NCBI RefSeq assembly: GCF_001194135.2
Contig: NC_068983.1
Location: forward strand, 102,284,638 to 102,341,000
DNA length: 56,363 bases
Direction of reading: 5' to 3'
Origin: Octopus bimaculoides
Taxonomy: Eukaryota
Shown here: one piece after another, positions 46,141-56,363 of the stretch
Layout of the letters: each line of letters begins with the position of its first letter
Numbering within the stretch: the first letter of the stretch is position 1
Made by a program: the position numbers and the translations under genes
Notes under the pieces: generated by a model
What the model saw: the letters and a program-made list of their open reading frames with translations, nothing else
Databases searched by the model: none
Told to the model about the DNA's origin: nothing

Positions 46141-46789
46141 CTAAAATGACACAGTTTGTACATATAGTACAGTTATTTTGAAACCTGTGATACGGGGAAG
46201 TGCAGCATTGACGACAAAACATCTGTGGAGTAAATGATGGGCTAATTCGACTAAGCGACATGTCATGCGTCCATTTGAAGGATTTCAGTCCCTAACCTGT
46301 CATGGAAAAGTGGGGTTGGGGGCGTATGTGAATTTTGAACGCACCAAAAAGCTCTCAGTGAATATACTTTCAGTTGCGGCTGTCGGCACTGTCGCTACCA
46401 TGCTGAACAATCACAAGACATAGGAATTACATCTATGTGATAAATTAAGCCGGTGGACGTGCTCAACAGCACCACATTAGAAAAATCTACATGAAAGAAA
46501 TGGCGTGGTAAAGGGGTGGGATTGAAATCAATGACATGGTCTCTAACAAACGTGGTTGGGTCATGTAACGTTCGGTTGCTGACGTAGTTGGGAATCAATA
46601 GTCGTGGCTCAACCGTGTAGTCCTTCGCGTAAACAGCGTGCAACCACTGTGAAGACAACTCTGCTCCCAAACGAAAACAATTCTGCATGCAGCGTCTGGG
46701 TACTCAAGGTCACATTAAGGACATGGTCTCTAACTAACGTGGTTGGATCTTAGACACCATAAATTAATAAGTTAATGCACATGCGATAT

Positions 46790-46915
46790 TTCAGTTTGTA
46801 ATCAATAGCTGAAGAATATTTGAAGTTGAAAAATATAACCTTTTAGAATTTGAGATTGCATGGATTTGGAACATGAAATCTGTAAAGATTGAACCTGTGA
46901 TAATTGGCGCATTAG
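46790..46915 (+). mobile_element. R4/Dong-type (RLE) LINE C-terminal fragment
   Basis: KYNLLEFEIAWIWNMKSVKIEPVIIGALGTV. Confidence 0.7.
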
Positions 46916-46984
46916 GGACTGTGATGAGATAGAAAAATTAATAAAGGAAACTGGAATGGAATGTCCAGCAGGGTATTAAAATAG

Positions 46985-48750
46985 GGACGTGTAAGGAAGA
47001 GAAATTTAGCTGTTGGGTGGACTACACGAAGGCTTACGACAATGTCACACACAGTTGGATCTTGGAGTGTCTGAGAACGTTCAGAGTCAATGAGAAGATA
47101 AACAACTTTTTGGAAAAAGCAATGAAAATGAGAGAAGTAAAACTGATTTATGCAAATGAACCGCTAGGAACGTAAAAATACGCTGGGGGCATTTTCCAGT
47201 AAGTCTTACTCTTTCCGATACATTTTATCGTTGCGTTAATTCCTCCGACAAATATACTGAGAAAAACCAAGCCTGCCTACAAGTTTACTAGAACCAAGAT
47301 GAAGATAAATCGCTTACTTAATATGAATGACCTCAAGCTATATGCAAAAAATGAGAAAGATCTAGATTCTTTACTCCAAACAGTGATAGAATTCAGTAAA
47401 GATACTGGAATAGAGTTTGGGGTAAATGAGTGCGTTGTGCTAATTATGAAAAAAGTACCGGAGGATAAAACTCTGATGGCATAAAATTAACACAAGACAA
47501 TATCATTTGATCGCAGTCAAGTAATGAGGGATAAAAATACCTAAAAGTGTTGTAAAACGATAATATAATGGAAAGAGAAACGAGAAAGGCACCAAAGTAT
47601 ACAAGAGAAGAATTAGGAAGATGCTCGAAGCAAAATTAAATTTCAAAAACATCATTAAAGTCGTAGATACACGGGTTGTGTCTGTAATGAGATACTCCGC
47701 TCCTTTTCTGAAATGAACAAAGGCCGAGCTACAGAACATGGATAGAAGAACGAGAAAGCCGCTCACAATGCACAACACACTTTATCCTAAAAGTAATAGC
47801 AATCTACTCCACCTACGGAGAAAGGAAGATAACAGAGGACTGCTAAACAAAGAAGACATTGACAACACTGCGATACTGGGTTTGAAAAATTATGTTGTGC
47901 AGCGTATAGAAAAAAATACTATCGGCAAAAAGTGACTGAAACAGTAGGCGAATTTAAAGAGAGAAGGAAAAACAATAGAACAAGCAAATGGAAAGAAATG
48001 GAACGATGTGGCCAATTCATGCAACAAACTGAGAATGCTAGAAATAAAGATCACTGGCTATGGCGGACGAACGGGAACTTGAAACGTGAGACCAAAACAC
48101 GAAATATAGCTGCTCACAAACAAGCTATTAGAACAAATATGATAACAGCAAACGTCGACAAACTCAGTCAGACAACAAACGCAGAATCAGCAGGAAAGGA
48201 GACGAAAGTAACAATCACTTTTTGAGTGAGTGCAGTATACTAGCAGGAAAGGAGTATAAGCGCAGACATGACAGTGCAGGCAAAAGAGTGTATTGGGATG
48301 TTAGCCAAGTGCGTGGCTTCAAAATAGCAGAAAAGTTATATGAATACGAACCAGAGGCTGTGATAGAAAGTGAGAAATACAAAATCTTGTGGGACTTCCC
48401 CATAATGACTGGCTAGATTGTTGAAGCAAAAAGGCCAGTGTAAGAGCATAGATTTTGAAATTATCTATGATAACAGATTCGATTCCAAAGAAATTGAAAA
48501 AATCGAGGAGTATCAGAATCTAGCTAGAGAGCTGAAGAGACTCCGGAAGACTAAGATGATAGTTATTCTTTTGTAATTGGTGCACTTGGTACAACACCCA
48601 AAATGCTACCTAAAAGACTGGCGGAAATTAGAAATGAAACTCGCATTGCAGATCTGCAGAAATGTACCATTCTATAATCTGCAAGAATCCTTAGGAAGAT
48701 TCTTGAGATTGGAGGAGGCTTGCCCACCAAACCTCTAGATAAAACAGCAG

Positions 48751-48791
<41 letters not shown>

Positions 48792-48812
48792 CAACAACAA
48801 CAACAACAGCAA
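46985..48812 (+). mobile_element. R4/Dong-type LINE relic (RT, CCHC finger, restriction-like endonuclease) with (CAG)n(CAA)n tail
   Basis: WVDYTKAYDNVTHSWILECL, KINRLLNMNDLKLYAK, MDRRTRKPLTMH, LKRET, SECSILAGKEYKRRHD, KILWDFPI, YQNLAREL, VIGALGT; many stops and frameshifts. Confidence 0.88.
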
Positions 48813-48993
48813 GGCGCCCTGCAGTAGTACCAGGCGGTGACTTTCATAGCTTCTGATCTTTACTGATTAGAAGTGTTAACTTGTATATGTTTTGTCTTCG
48901 TGTAAAAGATAGGCTACAGCGAATATTCTGCTCAATACCGCAAATTTGCTAGTCAGTTGCTTGACCTTAACCAGTTAAGCATGTCTTTTAGTA
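48813..48993 (+). mobile_element. 5' portion of family C element
   Basis: ACCAGGCGGTGACTTTCATAG...GACCTTAACCAGTTAAGCATGTC matches the reverse complement of 27095-27256. Confidence 0.8.
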
Positions 48994-48997
48994 ATAC

Positions 48998-49175
48998 AGT
49001 TCTATATTTAAGGGATTAGGAATTATGCACATTATTTACATTATTTACATTTGACGGATATTTGTCCTCATCTTGTTTGTTGTTAACACAACGTTTCGGC
49101 TGATATACCCTCCAGCCGTCACCAAGTGTCTTGGGGAAATTTCGAACTTGGGTTCTCATTCCTAAGGTATTTTTC
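48998..49175 (-). mobile_element. Penelope-type pLTR fragment
   Basis: Contains a minimal type-I hammerhead architecture. Assignment is based on that association, not on an ORF. Confidence 0.6.
49085..49130 (-). ncRNA. Decayed minimal type-I hammerhead motif
   Basis: GACAC UUGGUGA C GGCUG (10-nt loop) CAGCC GAAA C GUU GUGUU. Stems are intact; the core has C3U and A6G. Confidence 0.65.
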
Positions 49176-49179
49176 TTGG

Positions 49180-50790
49180 GGAAATAAAAGCTAGAAAGAA
49201 AATCTAAAATAGCATGGATAGATTATAGGAAAGCCTATGTCATGATCCCACACTCATGGATAAGTATATTCAGTATAGCAGCCAACATAGGAGAATTACT
49301 TAGCGTACCATGAAGAAATGGAAAGTAGATCTCTACTCAGGTGACACGCTGTTAGGGAAAGTTAATATCAAAAGAGGAATTTTCCAGGGGGACTCGTTGT
49401 CGCCTCTAATATTTGTTTTATGTTTGATCCCTCCCACCCCAGTTTAGTATTTAGGAAGGCAAAGCAGGGTATCAGTTCAGAAATAGTAAGGGAAAAGTTA
49501 ACCATTTGCTCTATATGGATGATCTGAAGCTTTTTAGTAGGAATGTTAAAAGAGATAGATTCCTTAATACAGACTGTAAGACTCTTCACCAAAGATATAA
49601 GCATGGAATTTGGCATAGATAAGTATGCAATATTAGTCATGAGAAGGGGACATGTAGTCAACAGCAAAGGCATCCAATTACCAGATGGCCAGACACTAAA
49701 ATCACTGAAAAGAGGAGAGAGTTATAAGTATCTAGGAGTATTAGAATCTGACAGATTACTAACTACCGAAATGAAAACGAAAATTGAGAAGGACTACATC
49801 AGAATGGTAAGGAAGCTAATGAAATCAAAGCTAAATGTTCCAAATCTAGTGAAGGCTGTAAATACTTGGGCAGCTTTTGTAGAAGTTGAAAACCAGAAAT
49901 TACCTGACTGGTAGAAGGCGTTGCATGGTAGATTCCCAAAGATAGTTGCGGTAAATAGTAGTAGTGAGACATGGTTATGGTTGCAGAAAGGAAAGCTGAA
50001 GAGAGAGACAGAAAGTTTGTTAGTAGATGCTTAAGATCAATCTTTAAAGACTAATTGGATAAAAGCCAAGATAGACAAAAACCAAGTAGATTCCCAATGT
50101 AGATTATGCAAATCAAAAGAGGAAAGCGTTATTCACATAGTAAATGAATGTAGCATGCTGGAACAGAAAGACTACAAGCAAAGATATGACAATATAGGGA
50201 GAGTAGTCTTACAGAGAGCTATGTAGAAAGCTAGGATTTGAACATACTGATAAATGGTATGAACATGATAAATGGTATAAATATAATATGAACGTTCAGA
50301 CTGACAGAGTAATAGAAGCTAGAATGTCTGATTTGATAGTAGTAGATAAAGAGAATAGAAAGTGCCAGATAATTGACTTTACAGTCCCAAATGATGAAAA
50401 AATTAATATGAGAAGTATAGAAAAAATATGAAAGTGCCAGGACCTAGATATTGAATTACCGAGACTATGGAAAGTGCGAGTAAAATGTATTCCACTAGTT
50501 AAAGGTGCATTGGGAACTATCCCTAAACATCTGAACAGAAGGATAGAGGAAACAGGCATAAAACCCCAGTTTAATACAGCTCCAGAAAGCAGTGTTATTA
50601 GGGACAGCTAAGATACTTTGAAACGTTCTTGGCATCTAAGGATAGTTGTTGTAGCCCGATAGGAGGGCTCTTGGCATCGAAGATTACTTGTTGTAACCCG
50701 ATGTTAGGATCTTTTTCTTTTCAAACAGACTAATCTGTTTGATTTATACGACAACAACACCACCACCACCAACAACAACAACAATAACTA
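49180..50790 (+). mobile_element. Second R4/Dong-type LINE relic with (CAA)-type tail
   Basis: AWIDYRKAY, IKRGIFQGDSLSPLIFVLCL, YMDDLKL, FTKDISMEFGIDK, YKYLGVLE, LKRETESLL, CRLCKSKEESVIHIVNEC, VPLVKGALGT. Confidence 0.88.
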
Positions 50791-51883
50791 TGAATCCAAT
50801 TTAATGTCTCAACAGTAGCTTAAATTGTTGTTAAAAGGTATTCATAATCCTCCGTATATTTTTTAAGCAAGTAGAGTGTGATTTGAGAGAGATATAGTCA
50901 CTATTTCTAGCAAGTCACTCTGTAACTACATAGAGAGCACTTAGCAAAGGGGAATGAACGAATGGACACTAAAATTTGTGAAATTACATAATTTCCCAAT
51001 ATTTGCATTAATCGATTTATCTTTCTCGTTGTTTTATTGAAATGTTGAAATGTTGACGACTTAATTTTCTGACCATGGTTATTATCGCAGTTATTTTTTT
51101 ATGCCACTATTCTAGAAGTTCTGTTGCTTGTGTTAGTTATTTATATTGTTTTCACTATTATTGTTAATGCAGACAAATTTCGTTCTAAGTGGCAGTTTAA
51201 ATTGGACAACCAACTTTTATGTTAACATTCTAAGATTCAGTTTGAGAACAACGTCGTTTTGTATTAATCAAGAGACAGACTAAACCCATTGATATATGGA
51301 TGAATGTTGCAGCCGACTGCTACGAATTCATTAACACATATGAAAGCAGAATTATATTCACAGACTATCAATTGAAAATTATGGAAAAAAAAAAAAAGTA
51401 CTTGTAAGAAAAGTGACACTCTTTCTTTTCTTTTTTCTTTTCGTTCTTTTGCAGGATCGTATTTTAGTAAAAGGTGCCAATGAATTCTGTACTTCAACCC
51501 CACCTTTCGTCTGCTCAATGTGCTCATTGTGGGTAGTTGTGAATGAATAAGTTAAAGAAAAATTAAATCAAATTGGAAGTATTAGTGTAAGTAGATGGAT
51601 AATGAAAATGTCAATGAGTGGGAGGCAAGGAATGAAGAAAATAACAGTTATACGTGAATTTCTGAACGAAATATATTTGCCCTTCAAAGAAAACACTGTT
51701 TTATGCTGTTGACTTTAAAATAGATTCGTTTTTTTTATATTATTTATTGTCATATTTTTATTTAGCTATTGAATTTGTTATAAGTTTTACTCTCTCTCTC
51801 TCACACACACAAACATACATATATATATGGATACATAAACACATATATATCTGTATATATTTATATATGTGTGTGTGGTGGGG

Positions 51884-51926
<43 letters not shown>

Positions 51927-52688
51927 GTCCATACAAAATACGTGCATACATGCACACATATATGTACATACATGAATACATACACACATACATACATATA
52001 TACATACGTAGTTAAAAAAATATCGTTTTAGGTATAAATATACCATAAACAAGTATTGCAAAATGGAAGAGAAAATTGAATTCAATACATACGCATGTTT
52101 CAAAGGACAATATAAATATGTAAGAAAAAAATTATAATCATAGTAATTATAATTAGATTTATGCATTGTCATTCACATCAGTGCGGCATCAAAAAAGGTT
52201 TAATAACATAAAATAAATTAAAATAAGATACAATAAGGGAGAATGCAAATGAGATAATAGGGAAAAATCGGATATTTACAAACAAGTTGTAAAAGGGAAA
52301 AAATAACAGTAATAATAATAGTGAGAGAGACGAAAGAGGAAAAGGACAGACATATCAATGTGTATGCAAGTCAATTTACAAGTGATAGAAAAACGTATAC
52401 ACTTAACACATAAGGATATACAGTCATACACATATGCATACATACACATATACACACACACACACACAAAAACATGCATATACCCACACATACATATACA
52501 GGGGTGCAAGTGTGAGGGAAGATACAAGTAAAACAAAGGAGTACGTATTCACATGAGACTTATATAAGTATACACCCCCCCCCCACACATATATATATAA
52601 ATATATAGTTTTAGGGAAGAGAACCAAGGTTCATGAACTCATCAATTGATTTTAATTGAGTTTTTACCTGTAATTTTGGATTTTATCC

Positions 52689-52748
<60 letters not shown>

Positions 52749-52977
52749 GCAAACATAGATATAAATATTCATACACATACATACATACATACATAAATAC
52801 ATACATATATATATATGTTTATTAAAAATTACTAAAAATAAAATTATCCGGTTTGACTGACCTTTATTCCAAAATGAAACCTAACATGTACATAGATCTT
52901 CTAGACAGAGTTGTAAGATATTGAACTTAGCAGAAAATCTGAATTATGATGTTTCGAAGAGACAATATTGTGCCTTA

Positions 52978-53119
52978 GGCATGGCTGTGTGGTTAAGAAA
53001 CTCGCTTTACAAACACGTGGTTTCGGGTTCAGTCCCAATGCACGGTGCCTTGGCCTACAGCTGATGCCTTGTGAGTGAATTTTGTAGATGGAAACAGAGC
53101 GAAAGCCCGTCGTGTATAC

Positions 53120-53150
<31 letters not shown>

Positions 53151-53177
53151 TGTATTATGTATTATGTATGTATGTAT

Positions 53178-53232
<55 letters not shown>

Positions 53233-53450
53233 TGTATGTGTGCCTTAATGCCAATGTTTAACTCCCCTGGCAGCCACTGCTTGAGAACTGTTGGTTATTC
53301 TTATGTCCCTGTAACTTAACGGTCCGGCAAAAGGAGCCAACAAAATAAGCACCAGACTCAAATAATAAGCATTGGAGTCGATTTATTCCATTAACACCCT
53401 TCACCCCAGCATGGTCACAGTCCGATGACTGAAACCAATAAAAGATAAAA
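52978..53450 (+). mobile_element. SINE family D with internal microsatellite
   Basis: GGCATGGCTGTGTGGTTAAGAAAC head, GGGTTCAGTCCC B box, CAGCATGGTCACAGTCCGATGACTGAAAC tail. Confidence 0.85.
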
Positions 53451-53859
53451 TATGTCGAATAACAAACGACTTCAATCTGCAGGAAAATTGTTCCCTCCCT
53501 ATTTCAGTATCTCGGGTATCTACTTCATTTTCAACTCGCTCTTTAAACCTTTCATTTTCCCCTCGTCATATGTTCTTAAACCATATCTGTTAATAAAGGT
53601 ATACCCTCTATTCAAGCGTTTTCTAAGCAAGGAAGCCTTAACTGGTAGTGTTCTCCTAACCACTTCTCTGTTTCATCTGAACTTCAAATAAATGCAGATG
53701 TTGTAGCTAAAAGACTTTCTTTCAATTAATCCATGGGCTCCAAAACAAAATAAGAAAAAAATATTAGCTAGGCATACCACCTGCATGAAAAACGTATGGC
53801 AGGGATACAAGTAAAGTCTCTTCCTCGCCTAGTAGTAGCAGTCGTTGCTACTTCTATGG

Positions 53860-54110
53860 AATTTACTCTGAAGATGAGATCTACATCATAAGCATCCGTC
53901 CGAAAATGAGACATGATGTTGTTGTCAAAACGTTATACAATGTAATTCATTGAGAGGATATCTGATTATCGAAGCAAGAAGTTACACTAGTATGGAGTGT
54001 ATTCTTGTGATATGAAAGAATGCCAGTGAAATATTCCAGTCAAAATCCCTGTAAAATATATGGGCAACAAAGTAGACAAAAAGGAAATATATATCATGCC
54101 TGTCATTATA
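53860..54110 (+). mobile_element. RLE-type LINE fragment (zinc finger/endonuclease junction)
   Basis: DEIYIISIRPKM-RHDVVVKTLYNVIH resembles the H(I)ISSCPKM...RHD.VAK motif. Confidence 0.5.
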
Positions 54111-54419
54111 GCTGCTGACCTGTCAGAGTGATATTAACACACACGCACACAGATTGTACGACACACACATACACACACATACACACACATACACACACAT
54201 ACCACACATACCACACACACACACACACACACATACACACACACATACCGACCATCTTCACACTCTCCTGTCCTAGAAAGCACTTTCACTTCATTCCTTC
54301 TACTTCCGGTCACTTCGGAAATGCAACCTCAAATGGACTGTTGGCGATTTTTTTACCCCTTTCTTCCTACTTTCCCTTTGGATTCGTATGTATATATATA
54401 TGGGAGAATGTACGAAAAA

Positions 54420-54600
54420 AAAACAATAACAGACGAGGACAGGTGGTGTAAACAACAAAAGGATGTATTAGTATCACGCTCGGGAATACGGAAAGTCTTT
54501 AACGTTTCGAGCTACGGTCTTCAACAGAAAGAATACGGAGAAAACAAGGAGAAAAACACGGAGAAAAAAAATTGAATGTTGTTGGTCAACGGTCTATCAT
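54420..54600 (-). mobile_element. Penelope-type pLTR fragment (a different family from 48998)
   Basis: Contains a hammerhead architecture at 54496-54532; boundaries are approximate. Confidence 0.5.
54496..54532 (-). ncRNA. Variant minimal type-I hammerhead motif
   Basis: UCUUU CUGUUGA A GACC GUA GCUC GAAA C GUU AAAGA: 5-bp stem I, A6U in the core, one C-C mismatch in stem II. Confidence 0.6.
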
Positions 54601-55063
54601 GACTACTGTATATATATATATATGCACATACACATATAAGTATACACACACATATATACATATCCATGTGTGTGTGTCTCTGTCTGCATTTATCTAAATG
54701 TATGCATGGTGGTGCTCCAGCATCACCACAGATGCATGGCTGAAACGAATGAAAGAATAATATATATATATATATATACCGGAAGAAATCCCTAATTACC
54801 TCCCCCTATCTAGAACTCTTCTTTCTCAGACTGGAACGAACACGACACAATGAAGTAGAGAAATTTGAAAAGACAACACGAAACCGGTTATTTCTCAAAA
54901 TACAATGTTTATATACCAAAAAGATTTTATAACATTTTTATAACATTTTTCTTACATAATTTAAATATATACTTTAACCATGTAACACAAGCCTTCTGTA
55001 GTTTTTTCACTCTTATTATCTTTTATACATCCAACCACGTGCTTTCACATACCAACTTTCTCA

Positions 55064-55099
<36 letters not shown>

Positions 55100-55811
55100 T
55101 GTATGTATGTATGTATGTATGTATGTATGTATGTATGTATGTATGTATCTCTCTCTACCTTTCTCATTCTCTCTCTATCTCTCTGATCGGCCTTTCCTTT
55201 TCTTTTTTTTTCGATCCCTTTTGATCGAACTGCCCCTTTTTCCCTTCCTACGATCCCTTTTGATCGACACCACCAATTTTTTTTTTTTTTTTTCCTTCCT
55301 TCCCCCTCCCAAAAAGAAAAGCTCTACATTGTATTTGTCCCATCTTCGTTGAGCCCTGTGTGGCTAATAAAAGAAATGTATCTCTCTGTATATATTTATA
55401 AACATAGGCATATATGGGTACAGGACGTCACCAACAGTAAACAACATGAAATACGAAAACAAATGAGTTCAATGCGCAAACAACGAGAGAAACAAGTGGA
55501 AAACATGGCAAGTAACATAAAGAACGACGCTTCATCAGTTGTCGGCTGTCTATCTACTCCTCAGTTCGAGCACTGAACGACAATATGAGTCTTCGAAGAC
55601 AGTTGCTCCCATAAGTACCAAAATAAAATTTGGGATTTATGGAGGGTCAAAGTTGGGAAGGAAAACAGGATAGTGGAGACATACAAGGAAACCGAACGAA
55701 AACAAACATAGAGGGTCGTTAGACCAGAATGAGGGTAAAATAGCGAACGCTGGAGAAATATTTTCTATGACAAGAGAAAAGATAGAAGAGAGAGAGAGAT
55801 AGGATACATCC

Positions 55812-56363
55812 AGTCTAAAATACGTACCATTGCATAATTTTGGTTGAGACAAATTATTCAATAGCATAATAGGAATCCCTTTTTGTCAGGTAAAGACAAT
55901 GAGGAGCTGTAGCTGGTGGTTCTAGTGAGTTCAAAAATTCGATAGGATAGTTAACAATATCTTGATCATCAATAACACTGTCAATTGAGTTATGACTGAA
56001 TACTTCTGGACGTTTGTTCAATAGCAATTTATTAATGTTATGTACAGCAACATTTTTGGAGCCAGAATAGCTTGCTCACAGATCCAATCTGTATTGTTGC
56101 AATTATGAAGATTAGGAAAGTCTTCATCCACTAAATCATCGACAGAATCAGTTGAATTACATATTGGATTGAGAGTAAGAAATTAGGCAATAACATAATA
56201 GCTTCCCTTGAAGCAGGTACTTTCATTTTGCTGGAGAAAAGTAGAGACAGAATTTCGATTTTATATATATACATAGAGAGAGAAAGCATAATAGCTTCCC
56301 CTGAACCATTTAGTTTCATTTTGATGGACAAACAAACAGACGGACAGAACCTCACTTATATAT
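55812..56363 (-). mobile_element. Helitron relic: 5' terminal region joined to a PIF1-type helicase fragment
   Basis: 55812-56167 minus gives DFPNLHNCNNTDWICEQAILAPK/NVAVHNIN...SIDSVIDDQDIVNYPIEFLNSLEPPATAPHCL/IPIMLLNNLSQPKLCNGT with two frameshifts. Upstream TCTATGTATATATATAAAA and (TGTC/TGTT)n are Helitron 5'-like. Confidence 0.85.

Noticed and set aside
48563-48847. Poly-Cys ORF (and poly-Gln/Asn/Ile/Val ORFs elsewhere)
   Set aside because: Translations of trinucleotide tails of retro-elements.
55520-55580. Minus-strand GCTCGAAC...AGTA...CTGATGAAGC in a repeat fragment
   Set aside because: GAAA is incomplete and stem I does not form; at most a decayed motif.

Overview
Repeat-dense eukaryotic genomic DNA from a short-read assembly. 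It has seven N gaps (2282-2893, 8451-8735, 10554-11263, 14606-15323, 24888-25300, 27391-27920, 42071-42267), several bordered by microsatellites. The SINE and LINE content resembles coleoid cephalopod (Octopus-like) repeats; this is recognition from memory, not a database search. Only one host coding segment is supportable: a single 1,398-bp terminal exon (22428-23825, +) of a vanin/biotinidase (pantetheinase)-family gene with a C-terminal GPI-type signal. Its frame is intact and it keeps the structural cysteines and the catalytic Glu, but the catalytic Lys reads Arg and the nucleophile Cys reads Ser, so it looks like a conserved pseudoenzyme. Its 5' exon(s) were not found. The rest is layered mobile DNA: several tRNA-derived SINE families, an (AAT)n-tailed non-tRNA retro-element, RTE, CR1 and R4/Dong-type LINE relics, Penelope-type fragments, hAT, mariner and piggyBac relics and MITEs, a Gypsy pol relic and Helitron pieces. 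Three minimal type-I hammerhead ribozyme motifs were found by eye, all on the minus strand. One keeps the CUGAUGA, GAAA and GUC core elements and sits inside a roughly 300-bp unit bounded by long inverted repeats. Several template-switch palindromes and chimeric junctions are also visible. Most other ORFs in the supplied track are microsatellite, gap or antisense artefacts.
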